IMG/VR virus record: IMGVR_UViG_3300028888_001628
Span: 32,001-96,000 of that record
Length of the DNA stretch: 64,000 nt
Source: a virus
Lineage: Duplodnaviria > Caudoviricetes
Strand: one strand, 5' to 3'
Within the stretch, counting starts at the first letter, position 1. The number at the start of each line of letters is the position of its first letter. Made by a program: the position numbers and the translations under genes. Under the pieces are notes generated by a model. It was not told where the DNA came from, did no database searches, and was given only the letters and a program-made list of their open reading frames with translations. Below, piece after piece: positions 48,546 to 58,176 of this stretch.

Positions 48546-50244
48546 TATTACACTTGTAAGAAGATCTTTACTAGATGAATCCACTATAGGTGCAATAGTA
48601 TGTCATACACCAAAGACATTTAAAGATAGTAAGTGTAAACTAATAAAGACGAACGATGAGCTAATTCAATATTTCGGAGATCCGTATATAGATCCTTATA
48701 TGTATTCTGATCTACTTATCGCAAGCAAATTACTTACTAATGGAATTCCATTATATATTTCATCTGTAAACGATACACCTGTTAATAATGATGGTTTTAC
48801 AATATGCGATTATAATGGTTATACAGAGTTTGTTTTTGATTCTATTAAAACTAAAAATGACTTGGGTGAAGAAGTTGTACTTGCACCGTGTCTTACATAC
48901 GAACTAAAATCAGATATTAAATTCTGTCAGCCTTTAATAAATAGAATTGAAGTTTCAAATGAAAAGCATAGAATTCATTTGTATGTAGGTCTCTATTATA
49001 TAGACATTTATAAATCTAAAACACTAGAAGAAATAAAAAGTCTAGATTCTAATCGACTATATAGAACATTTCATTTTGTGTTTGATTTAGATGCATCTAA
49101 AACTACAAACAAAGTAATTGTAGATGATTTTAGACTTAACGGTCTAGAGTTACATTTAAATAATACAAACTTTGTTGATTATTTCACCAATCTATTTAAA
49201 TTTAAAGATGGCGTATCTTCTGACTATGCAATCGATATATTGCTAAAATCACCTACAGATGATGAAGAATTAAATTACGATGTAGAGACTAATTATTATA
49301 GGTATAATATTCATACAAGTGATTATAAATATGACTTTGATAGCTCTAAAGATAACGAAGACCGTAATATACTATTAGAATATTATAATTCTATAGACTA
49401 TCTTGTGGAGATGAAACCTGAGCCACTTATGATGTGCCTAGGTAAGTTAATTAGTATATCGCATACAGAGTCAGAAGTCTACTCACATACAGTTAGAGAT
49501 TTAGGTCATGAATATCACGTATCAGTTTGTAATCATTTGATGGAATCATTTGATGAGAATAGTAACACTTATTTATTTATAAATACACCAGATCTATCTG
49601 TATCTTCTGTAATAGATCTATTAAATTGTGAAAAGCAATATACTTATTCACCTGAGCTACTAACAAATTATAATTGTGATTTATTCTTTGGTTACGCTAC
49701 AGATCTTGTTAGTAATTCATTATCACGCAGTTATATACAGAAAGCAAATTATTCAGCAGCTATATTATCGTTCTATAATCTTATGCGAAATAATGTTGCT
49801 TATATTACAAATAACTTTGTATCGCTTAATATCGCGAACAGATGTGTTAAACTTGTAATCTCTGAAAAATCAGCTTCTAAATTAAAAGAAGCTCACTGTA
49901 ATTCTATTGTATTATTTGACATAGGGAGTCCATCTTCTTATGGTGATAGATCACTATCTAGATCACCAAACTTACAATATAGTCACATATCAAGAAGTGT
50001 TGTCTTTATAAGAAGACTAATTAACGAATATATAGAGACTAGAAAGTTTACTCATAATACAGTATTTAATACAGACATTAGCGTTAATTATATTAAGAAG
50101 TCTATCTTAGATACTTTTGTATCTATCGGGACTTTACAATATTACAATGTCACTTATACTATAAGTGGTAAAACAGTTAATATGCAGATAGATTTATTAT
50201 TCTCACAAATAGCAGAAAATATTATTTTGAATTTTACTATATAA
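48538..50244 (+). CDS. Divergent tail sheath-like protein
   Basis: ELIQYFGDP; C-terminal YGDRSL...LQYSHISRSVVFIRR; paralogous to 58177-60771. Confidence 0.7.
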   Translation: MADITLVRRSLLDESTIGAIVCHTPKTFKDSKCKLIKTNDELIQYFGDPYIDPYMYSDLLIASKLLTNGIPLYISSVNDTPVNNDGFTICDYNGYTEFVFDSIKTKNDLGEEVVLAPCLTYELKSDIKFCQPLINRIEVSNEKHRIHLYVGLYYIDIYKSKTLEEIKSLDSNRLYRTFHFVFDLDASKTTNKVIVDDFRLNGLELHLNNTNFVDYFTNLFKFKDGVSSDYAIDILLKSPTDDEELNYDVETNYYRYNIHTSDYKYDFDSSKDNEDRNILLEYYNSIDYLVEMKPEPLMMCLGKLISISHTESEVYSHTVRDLGHEYHVSVCNHLMESFDENSNTYLFINTPDLSVSSVIDLLNCEKQYTYSPELLTNYNCDLFFGYATDLVSNSLSRSYIQKANYSAAILSFYNLMRNNVAYITNNFVSLNIANRCVKLVISEKSASKLKEAHCNSIVLFDIGSPSSYGDRSLSRSPNLQYSHISRSVVFIRRLINEYIETRKFTHNTVFNTDISVNYIKKSILDTFVSIGTLQYYNVTYTISGKTVNMQIDLLFSQIAENIILNFTI

Positions 50245-50259
50245 TATATGGAGGTCATT

Positions 50260-50814
50260 ATGCCAGATACAGCCGCTCAGTATTTAGCAGCGTCACATTT
50301 TGCGAATGATGCAAATTTTGAAGTTCAACGCACTAATCACTTTGAGATCTTACTCGATCTAACCCCTGTCTTTAAAGATGGTAGTGCTGGGTTTAACGTT
50401 GCTAATCATATTAGATTGTCAACAAAATCAGTTACTGCACCTAAAGTTACATCTGAAGCTATTACATTAAAACATGGTAATGATACAGTTAAAGTTGCAG
50501 CCGCACCAACTTACGACGATTTAACTATTACAGTTTACGATACAATCGGTAAAGACCAGGTAAATACACTACAGTCATGGTATAATAAAGTATTTGATTA
50601 TAATACCAAACTAATGGGTTTAGTTAGTGCTTATAAAGCAAGCGGTACTTTATATATGTACTCACCTGATTGCAGTGCAATTCGTAAATGGGTATTAGAA
50701 GGTGTATGGCCTAGATCATTTGGTATGGGGACAGAGTTCTCATTTGATTCAGCTGAAGCTATGACAGTCACACTTGAACTATCAGTTGACCGCTATCACG
50801 AAGAATCAGTCTAA
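50260..50814 (+). CDS. Tail tube protein (T4 gp19-like)
   Basis: QRTNHFE; YDDLTITVYD; WVLEGVWP; VTLELSVD; GGAGG RBS before ATG 50260. Confidence 0.88.
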   Translation: MPDTAAQYLAASHFANDANFEVQRTNHFEILLDLTPVFKDGSAGFNVANHIRLSTKSVTAPKVTSEAITLKHGNDTVKVAAAPTYDDLTITVYDTIGKDQVNTLQSWYNKVFDYNTKLMGLVSAYKASGTLYMYSPDCSAIRKWVLEGVWPRSFGMGTEFSFDSAEAMTVTLELSVDRYHEESV

Positions 50815-50841
50815 TTACATAAAGATACATTAAATAATATA

Positions 50842-50899
50842 GACGGGTATAGAGATTTGATCTATACCCGTTTTATTTTTCTTTAAATGTTTGTATATA
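50842..50899 (+). terminator. Terminator after the tube gene and downstream TTGTATATA
   Basis: gacgggtataga / tctatacccgtt followed by T run; motif at 50891. Confidence 0.75.
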
Positions 50900-50939
50900 C
50901 TATAAATCAAATTCCACTCTACTATTGTGAGCGAGCGTT

Positions 50940-51617
50940 ATGAAAATTATAGCTGTATCTGATTTACACGGTAATCTTATTAAGATAAAAGATGAATGTG
51001 ATGTGTTTGTTATAGCAGGTGATTGGTCACCTTTGCAAATACAGAGCATTAATAGTTTGATGACTAATTGGGTAACTGATGAGTTCATTCCATGGATGAT
51101 GGAATTGAATGCAAAGCACGTTATTCTTATCCCTGGTAATCACGACTTTATTTGTACGACAAAGAAATTTAGATCAGATTTTTTATACAGTATTACAAAG
51201 ATGGGATTACATAAAAAGATTCATTATCTATGTAATGAATCAGTAGTAATTGACGATAAGAAATTTTATGGTATGCCAAATAATGAATCGCCTAATGGAT
51301 GGGCCTTTTCAAAGACGAATGGGCAGTCTTATGATTTTGAAGCTGATACAGATATTCTAATTACGCATCAACCACCGATGATAGGCGATGTTGGTTTTGT
51401 TAGTAAATATAATAAAGATCTAGGTTCTAGAGAATTGCGTAACAAGTTACTTGATTCAGTAGTATCTTTAAATATTTGTGGTCATATACACACAGGATCT
51501 CATCTAGAGCACATTATTAGAGGTAAGAAAGGTAATTTAATTAGTGTCTTTAACGTGTCAATCTTAGATGAAGATTACGATATAGCATACAACCCAACTA
51601 TAATTGAAATTAAGTAG
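50940..51617 (+). CDS. Calcineurin-like metallophosphoesterase
   Basis: SDLHG; AGD; PGNHD; THQPP; CGHIH. Confidence 0.92.
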   Translation: MKIIAVSDLHGNLIKIKDECDVFVIAGDWSPLQIQSINSLMTNWVTDEFIPWMMELNAKHVILIPGNHDFICTTKKFRSDFLYSITKMGLHKKIHYLCNESVVIDDKKFYGMPNNESPNGWAFSKTNGQSYDFEADTDILITHQPPMIGDVGFVSKYNKDLGSRELRNKLLDSVVSLNICGHIHTGSHLEHIIRGKKGNLISVFNVSILDEDYDIAYNPTIIEIK

Positions 51618-52460
51618 GTGATTATGATAAATTATCTTATCGATGTATCATGGCTTTTATATCGTGGCTTTTACGCTATGTCTCATGTGTATTCAGAATT
51701 TGCAGAACTTCACTATATAACAAAGAAATTAGAAAGTCTTCTTAGTAGAAAGGACGCAATTATTCATCTGTGTCTCGATGGGCGAGCTCCTAAAGGCAGA
51801 CGCTTGTTAGGTGAAAATTACAAAGCTGGTCGTCATCAAGAAGGTTCATATAGTGTATATAGTGGTTTAGCCACATTTATTCACTTACTACATAATGATA
51901 GAATAAATATCTATTATAATAATTATTATGAGTCTGACGAAATAATCTACACATTATCAAAGACTTTAGATGGAAGAAAGAAAATCTTATCAGGTGATAA
52001 AGATTTATTACAGTCACTTGATAAAGACACAGTAATAGAATCATTTAAAGGTCTTGTTACTACAGAAGAATCATATAAATATGAATATGCAGATCAGTTC
52101 TTTGGTATAGAACCTTGCAGGTTACCTATTTATAGAGCACTTACAGGTGATGCAAGTGATACTTTATATCCACCTGTAAAACGATTCCCTCATAAATTGG
52201 CCGCTAAGATCGCATCTGAAATACTATATAGTGGCAAATGCCCATCTGTAGAAGATCTTGATTCTATAAAAAAATCATTAAGTAAAACAGAACAGAAATG
52301 GGTAGACAGACTTATTGAGTCATACGATAAGTTTAGTACAAATTTCGACATAATGAAATTAAACATAATAACAGACTCACTTAATAACGATTATATCTAT
52401 ACAGATATTAAGTTAGATGACTTTCTTAAGTCAAAGATAGAGCGATTAAATACATTATAA
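51618..52460 (+). CDS. 5'-3' exonuclease / flap endonuclease (T4 RNase H / PolI N-terminal-like)
   Basis: IDVSWLLYR; YKAGR; ESDEII; SGDKDLLQ; ALTGDASD. Confidence 0.9.
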   Translation: MIMINYLIDVSWLLYRGFYAMSHVYSEFAELHYITKKLESLLSRKDAIIHLCLDGRAPKGRRLLGENYKAGRHQEGSYSVYSGLATFIHLLHNDRINIYYNNYYESDEIIYTLSKTLDGRKKILSGDKDLLQSLDKDTVIESFKGLVTTEESYKYEYADQFFGIEPCRLPIYRALTGDASDTLYPPVKRFPHKLAAKIASEILYSGKCPSVEDLDSIKKSLSKTEQKWVDRLIESYDKFSTNFDIMKLNIITDSLNNDYIYTDIKLDDFLKSKIERLNTL

Positions 52461-52475
52461 ATTTGGAGGTATACA

Positions 52476-52739
52476 ATGGATAAGAAATTAGAAGCTCGAA
52501 TTGCTAAATTAGAAAGAATGATGAATCGTAAATCTGTTAAGAATGAGCGCCATGGATATGACACTATAAATAAGATTGATGCGGCAGCCGGTGAAGTTAA
52601 GAAGGCTACTCTTAAATTATATCGCCTTTTAGAAAATTTTGATGATGATGGTTTAATGGATATATTTTATAAACTTTCAGTAGCTGCTGATGAAATGCTT
52701 ACTGCTACTGGTGAAATTTTACACGAATACGATGATTAA
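52476..52739 (+). CDS. Small leader-tagged protein
   Basis: MDKKLEARIAKLE...VKNE; GGAGG RBS. Confidence 0.75.
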   Translation: MDKKLEARIAKLERMMNRKSVKNERHGYDTINKIDAAAGEVKKATLKLYRLLENFDDDGLMDIFYKLSVAADEMLTATGEILHEYDD

Positions 52740-52805
52740 TAAAGTTTATAAAGTACTATTTGAATTAGAGCCTAATTTTATTTTGAGTATATAAAGAGTA
52801 GTGAC

Positions 52806-53084
52806 ATGGATAAAAAATTAGAAGCTCGAATTGCTAAATTAGAAATAGTATTTAAAAGAAAGAATGAATCAACAGAAGATGAAGTAGCACATTCTATATA
52901 TGAAGCGTCTGATAAAATTAGACAGATTGTAAATGATCTATGTAAGACATTGGCATACAGTGATACATTTAATTATAAAGATGCAGATATGGCTCTTCAA
53001 ATTTGTGAGGATTCTTTTTCACAAGACGCGTATCGTAGATTGAGTTCCATTCTAAACGGTAGAATGAATGGTAAAAACTTTTAA
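52806..53084 (+). CDS. Small leader-tagged protein
   Basis: MDKKLEARIAKLE...RKNES; first 40 nt are 39/40 identical to those of 52476. Confidence 0.75.
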   Translation: MDKKLEARIAKLEIVFKRKNESTEDEVAHSIYEASDKIRQIVNDLCKTLAYSDTFNYKDADMALQICEDSFSQDAYRRLSSILNGRMNGKNF

Positions 53085-53109
53085 TTATAATTATAATTGA
53101 TTAACGAAT

Positions 53110-53141
53110 AACCCATAGTGGATATATATCCACTATGGGTT
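53110..53141. terminator. Perfect 32-bp palindrome / terminator
   Basis: aacccatagtggatatatatccactatgggtt. Confidence 0.7.
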
Positions 53142-53163
53142 TATTTATAATATAGGAAAATAT

Positions 53164-54690
53164 ATGTCAGATAATTATACTTTAACAGATCTCCAGAAAG
53201 AGTCAGTTAAAAGATTACTTTCTATGAAGTCAGCTGTTCTTGCCCTTAGCCCAGGTTGTGGCAAAACGATAACTATACTTCACACTATACAAGAAATAAT
53301 GAAATATACAAATGATAAGTGTCTTTTATTTATTCCGAAGTCAGCACGAGCTGCTTTCATAAAAGAATTGAAAACGAAACTGTGTTTATCAGAGAAAGAC
53401 TATATTTTAATAAAAGCTGGAAAGATAGTTCCATATAGCGAGTTTTCAAAGTATAAATTTATATTAATAGAAAACACTCTTGTAAATAAATATGTAGAAG
53501 ATTTAGTAACATTGGCAAATAATAATGTTTGTCATCTCATAATAGATGAAGCTCACTCTCTTCAGAATCCTGATTCTGTATTCTCAAAAGCTGCATGGGA
53601 AGTTCGCTGTTATTGTAAGCGCATTTACGCAATGACAGCAACACCGCTTATGAACTCTATAGATGGTCTATTTAATTTATATCATTTTGTATTTCCAAGT
53701 GTATTTGTTTCGTGGTATAGATTTAGATCTAGATACTGTATTACAAAAGAAAACATTATTAGAATGAAAGGACGTAATGGAAAAGCAATACAACGAAAAG
53801 TTATAGAAATAGTTGGTTACCAAAACTTAAATGAATTAGTAGAAACTTTAAACAAGTTAACTATAAAGGGATGTGTTCACTATAATGTAAACTTTGAGTT
53901 TTTAGAATGTACTTTAGATGAGCAGAGCGAAAAGCCATATAGATTTGCAGCGTCTGGCTTATTTGATGTATTATATCATCCAGAAAAAGCAAAAGCACGC
54001 GCAAAGATTAGAAAGGCAAACGGTGATAATTCAGGTGAAGATGCTAAAGATTTTGGAAGTCGACTACACGATATACAGCGATGTGTAGATGGGTGCGATA
54101 CAGGTGACACAGATCCTAATTTCATTTCTAATAAAATGAATCTTCTTATAAATAAACTTACTGACATTATGAATAATAATGAATCAACTCTTATATACTT
54201 TGAGTATAAAGATTCATTGGAAATGGCTGAACGTATATTATTAGAAAAGCAAACTGAAATTGGTTTTAAAAAGATATACAGATTAACTGGTGAAGAAAAA
54301 GAAGAGACTCGTGCAAAGATAGAATCTGAATTAGGTCTTAAAGAAATTATATTGTGTAGTCAAGCAGCGTCTCAATCACGTAATTTAGACAGAGCGAATC
54401 ATCTTATAATATTTAACTGTCCGTTCAGTCTAGGTCGCCTTATACAAGTAACGGGTAGAATCTGTAGAGTAAGCAGTACATACGATCATCAAGACATTTG
54501 CATTCTTTCAGTGAAAGACACTATAGATGAATACAAAGTCACTCTATTTAAAGACCATCTTTCACTAATATCGAAATTATTAGGCGATGAAGGTACTGGT
54601 GTTTTGTCAGATTGTGAATATCTAGACATAGATAGGTCTAATTTAAAAGAACTCAAGAATAATTTATTATGGCGTAGAAATAAGAGGTAG
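53164..54690 (+). CDS. SNF2-family helicase
   Basis: SPGCGKT; IIDEAH; MTATPLMN; SRNLDRAN; QVTGRICR. Confidence 0.9.
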   Translation: MSDNYTLTDLQKESVKRLLSMKSAVLALSPGCGKTITILHTIQEIMKYTNDKCLLFIPKSARAAFIKELKTKLCLSEKDYILIKAGKIVPYSEFSKYKFILIENTLVNKYVEDLVTLANNNVCHLIIDEAHSLQNPDSVFSKAAWEVRCYCKRIYAMTATPLMNSIDGLFNLYHFVFPSVFVSWYRFRSRYCITKENIIRMKGRNGKAIQRKVIEIVGYQNLNELVETLNKLTIKGCVHYNVNFEFLECTLDEQSEKPYRFAASGLFDVLYHPEKAKARAKIRKANGDNSGEDAKDFGSRLHDIQRCVDGCDTGDTDPNFISNKMNLLINKLTDIMNNNESTLIYFEYKDSLEMAERILLEKQTEIGFKKIYRLTGEEKEETRAKIESELGLKEIILCSQAASQSRNLDRANHLIIFNCPFSLGRLIQVTGRICRVSSTYDHQDICILSVKDTIDEYKVTLFKDHLSLISKLLGDEGTGVLSDCEYLDIDRSNLKELKNNLLWRRNKR

Positions 54691-54693
54691 CAT

Positions 54694-56088
54694 ATGTCTT
54701 CTTTTAATAAAAGTTTGTATTGGAAAATTTGTTCATGTGAATCTGCTGAAGTGTCAGACCAGCAGATTAATCAGCGTGCTGAAGAGATAAAGAATGCAGT
54801 TATTAGTAAATGGAAAGAGACGTACTCTAAAAAGAACAAAGATTCTGAACCAACAGAGGATGATCTTTATAAAGCTAATGATACTACAGCAGATGAGCTA
54901 TATAGTGAAGCACAAAAGCAAGCTGAGTCTGAGTTAAATGAAAATAAGAATTCTCTTAAATCAGCATGGCTAATTGGACCATCTAAGGCTATTAAAAGTA
55001 AATCAAAGGGTGCTATCATCGAGTTTGTTAGTAATTCAGATAATCAGCAAAGCAATGATTCAGTCAACGCAAGCGATAGTACTAATAATTCTTCTAACAA
55101 AGATAATACAACTAGTTCTGATAACAATAATAGTAGCACTAATAATTCCAATAACAATCAATCACAAAGTGAGTCATATTCTATTTTAGATTCATTCTTA
55201 GGACTTAATTTGCTTTTAGAAGAGAGTGATGATACGCCTACGCAAGTGAATAACAGAGAAGATGATGATAAAACTGAAGTAAATCCTGCTCCACAGAATA
55301 ACTCTAGTAATACATCATCAGATAGTGTTATTGTTAGAGTTGGTATTAAAGATACGGGCTTTACAGATTGGCATATTAAAATACTACAGCACGTTGATAA
55401 AGTAAAAGGGCTAATAAAAAGAGGTTCTTTTAAAGAGGCATATAATTTAGCAAGTAATAAAATAGACGGTGATGGTATTATTATAAGTAAGGCTGAAACT
55501 TATATTATCAAAAAACAAAATGCGAAAGATATTAATAAAGCGTTTCCACCGTTTATCGGTCATTGTAGATATGCTATAGATGCTGGAACTGTTGATGATA
55601 GTAGAGACTCATCAAATGATGCAAATCTAACAATTTCTTTAGCTGTAGCTCCAATAAATGCAGTTACGAAAAAGCCAAAAGACGGTGCAGTATTTAATAT
55701 GTCATATGATGTAGTTGGTGATATTACAGGTGGAAAAGTTGGCTCAGCTATAGCAAGTATTTCTAAAGCTGTCAGAGATTCATCTGATAATAAAAATACA
55801 TTTGTAAATTCTTTGTTTAATTCAGATGATAGGTATAACAGTGACGATAAAGATAGTGAAACATCAAAAGCGGATTATTTAAGTAAATTTCTTCATAAAG
55901 CATTTAGAACACCGGGTGATCACACTATGTATAGCAACTTTATAGCTATAAAGAAATATATAAAGCAATGCTTAGACAAGAAATTATTACAAGAAACCAA
56001 AGATGGTTATACACTTGGCGGTTCACCGATATCTTCCGAAACATCAATTCCGCCACAGTTTAAGAATAATTGGCTTATCTGGTATTAA
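54694..56088 (+). CDS. Hypothetical protein with Asn/Ser-rich linker
   Basis: 464 aa; possible processing sites LNE and LLLEES. Confidence 0.7.
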   Translation: MSSFNKSLYWKICSCESAEVSDQQINQRAEEIKNAVISKWKETYSKKNKDSEPTEDDLYKANDTTADELYSEAQKQAESELNENKNSLKSAWLIGPSKAIKSKSKGAIIEFVSNSDNQQSNDSVNASDSTNNSSNKDNTTSSDNNNSSTNNSNNNQSQSESYSILDSFLGLNLLLEESDDTPTQVNNREDDDKTEVNPAPQNNSSNTSSDSVIVRVGIKDTGFTDWHIKILQHVDKVKGLIKRGSFKEAYNLASNKIDGDGIIISKAETYIIKKQNAKDINKAFPPFIGHCRYAIDAGTVDDSRDSSNDANLTISLAVAPINAVTKKPKDGAVFNMSYDVVGDITGGKVGSAIASISKAVRDSSDNKNTFVNSLFNSDDRYNSDDKDSETSKADYLSKFLHKAFRTPGDHTMYSNFIAIKKYIKQCLDKKLLQETKDGYTLGGSPISSETSIPPQFKNNWLIWY

Positions 56089-56104
56089 ACAAACTTAATA
56101 TAAT

Positions 56105-56146
56105 TTGTATATATGCAATAGAAATAATTCTCTATTGCATATTTTT
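56105..56146 (+). promoter_or_regulatory. TTGTATATA overlapping a hairpin
   Basis: atatgcaataga / tctattgcatat. Confidence 0.6.
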
Positions 56147-56157
56147 GTAGGTGTAAT

Positions 56158-57651
56158 ATGATTCAAATTGTAAAATCACTTCTCGGAAAAAGTGATATAG
56201 AGTTTAGTAGTGAGCTTCAAATTATTCTATCGCCTGATAATAAAAATATTCTATCAAGTGATGAGACAGACGTATTTAAATATTTAGAAAGAGAGTATAA
56301 TAACAATAAACAATTTCCAACTGCAGAAATATTTCTAACTAAATTTCCACAGTATAGATCACAGTTAGAAGAATTAGATGCTTTTTCGATTGCTGATTTA
56401 CGTTATTATAGAAAGCAATTTATTACAAAGCACCAAAACATTTATAAATCAAAGATCTTACATAAGATGGCGAATGAAGCCGCTGTTGATGGTATTTCAC
56501 CAGAGATGGCAGAAGCTATTCGAAAACAGGCTTCATTTGATAACGAAATAGTAGAAGAAAAGATCTCATTTCGTGAAAGATACCAAAAAGCAATGAAGAA
56601 TAATTCTGGTCTTAAAACTTTTGTAGATCAGATTGACGATGAAATTGGTTCTATTCCTAAAGGTGCCATGTGTACACTTGCAGGATTTACAGGTTCTTTC
56701 AAAACAACTTGGGCTACAAATATAGCAGTAAAGAATTCTCTTCTTGGAAAGAAAATCGCATATATTTCATTAGAAGTATCAAAAGAGCAGTTAGAGTATT
56801 CTATTATTAGTTTGTTTTCAACTGATAATAGATTTACAAGAATGGGTTATCATCCAATCGAGTTAAAGAAGATCATACAAAACAAACTTGATGAAGATGA
56901 ACTTAATTTCTTATGTGATGTGTTAGAGCCTGAATTTAGACGAGTGATAGAGCCTAATTTTAAAATTATAGATCGATCTTGTTTTAAATCATATAGTGAA
57001 AGTGAGTTTGTAGATATATTATATAGAATAGACGATGAGATGCCAATAGATGCGATATTTGTAGATCACGTTGGTGAACTTGCATTACGTAGTCCATTAT
57101 ATAATGGTAATAATACAGGTGCTATTATTAACAAATATGTTTCATTCTTTGGAGAATTAACAGTAGATTTTAGAAAGAAAGATAATGAAAAAAGACAGGT
57201 TGCTACAGTTTTAATTGCTCAAACAAATCGTAGTGGTTGGAAAGAAGCAGCATCTTCATTTAGAAAACTTTCATCAGTTGCTAGACCAGGTGATAAGAAT
57301 AAGTCATTAAACACTCAAGTAGAAGGTTACAGATTAACAGCCTTATCAGACTCAAATGAGCTTGAGAGATTCTCATCTATTGTAATGACTGTATTTGCAA
57401 ATGATTTAATGAAAGAAGCAAGACAGGCGTATGTACAATTATTAAAGACAAGATATGGTAATAATGTATTACCAGTTCCAGTTAATATTTCACCTGAGGT
57501 ATATAGTTTTGGTGGCGATGCAGAAGTTGATGAATCTGAATTATCAGCTGATTTAGTTGAATCTTTATCAAGCTGTTCTATCGCACAAAAGTCAGCTGGA
57601 ACATCTATATATGATGATTCAGCTTTATCTGATGACATATTTGGCTTATAA
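56158..57651 (+). CDS. dnaB: Replicative DnaB-like (SF4) helicase
   Basis: AGFTGSFKTT; YISLE; IFVDH; AQTNR; SDSNELER; LLKTRYG. Confidence 0.9.
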   Translation: MIQIVKSLLGKSDIEFSSELQIILSPDNKNILSSDETDVFKYLEREYNNNKQFPTAEIFLTKFPQYRSQLEELDAFSIADLRYYRKQFITKHQNIYKSKILHKMANEAAVDGISPEMAEAIRKQASFDNEIVEEKISFRERYQKAMKNNSGLKTFVDQIDDEIGSIPKGAMCTLAGFTGSFKTTWATNIAVKNSLLGKKIAYISLEVSKEQLEYSIISLFSTDNRFTRMGYHPIELKKIIQNKLDEDELNFLCDVLEPEFRRVIEPNFKIIDRSCFKSYSESEFVDILYRIDDEMPIDAIFVDHVGELALRSPLYNGNNTGAIINKYVSFFGELTVDFRKKDNEKRQVATVLIAQTNRSGWKEAASSFRKLSSVARPGDKNKSLNTQVEGYRLTALSDSNELERFSSIVMTVFANDLMKEARQAYVQLLKTRYGNNVLPVPVNISPEVYSFGGDAEVDESELSADLVESLSSCSIAQKSAGTSIYDDSALSDDIFGL

Positions 57652-57657
57652 ATATTA

Positions 57658-57697
57658 AATCACCAGTCTAATTAGACTGGTGATTACTTTATATCTA
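57658..57697. promoter_or_regulatory. Perfect 28-bp palindrome followed by TATATCTA
   Basis: aatcaccagtctaattagactggtgatt; motif at 57690-57697. Confidence 0.6.
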
Positions 57698-57724
57698 TAA
57701 TTTTATCGAGATATAGTAATTATA

Positions 57725-58159
57725 ATGGAAGAATCAAATATCATTACTACAAAGCTAGAATTAAACGTAATTGATTACTATTGCACATTTGAATATCTAT
57801 TGGGTTATGTTGGTGTAGAATTTCCATCTACTACTATGACTTGCTATTGCCCATTTCACGAAAACACAAATACAAAAGCTGCAAAACTATTTGTTGAGGA
57901 TCACAATGAGCATATCTTTTGTTTTGCAGAAAACAAACAGTTCAGGCCTCATCATTTATTAACGTATGGAATAGTTCCATTTTCTGTGAATCATGTGTTT
58001 TCTTCTATATGGCAGAACTTATCAGATGAAGAAAAGAATATCTTTTCTGAAGATTTGAGACATTATGATGTTGGAATAGATCTTAGCAAGCCATTTAATG
58101 ATTTTAAAAAATGTAAGATTACATATTTTGATTTATTAAACATTCTTAGGAATTCCTAA
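57725..58159 (+). CDS. Stand-alone primase zinc-binding (CHC2-like) domain protein
   Basis: CPFHENTNT...HIFCFAE; adjacent to the helicase. Confidence 0.75.
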   Translation: MEESNIITTKLELNVIDYYCTFEYLLGYVGVEFPSTTMTCYCPFHENTNTKAAKLFVEDHNEHIFCFAENKQFRPHHLLTYGIVPFSVNHVFSSIWQNLSDEEKNIFSEDLRHYDVGIDLSKPFNDFKKCKITYFDLLNILRNS

Positions 58160-58176
58160 ATAAGGAGATAGATTCT

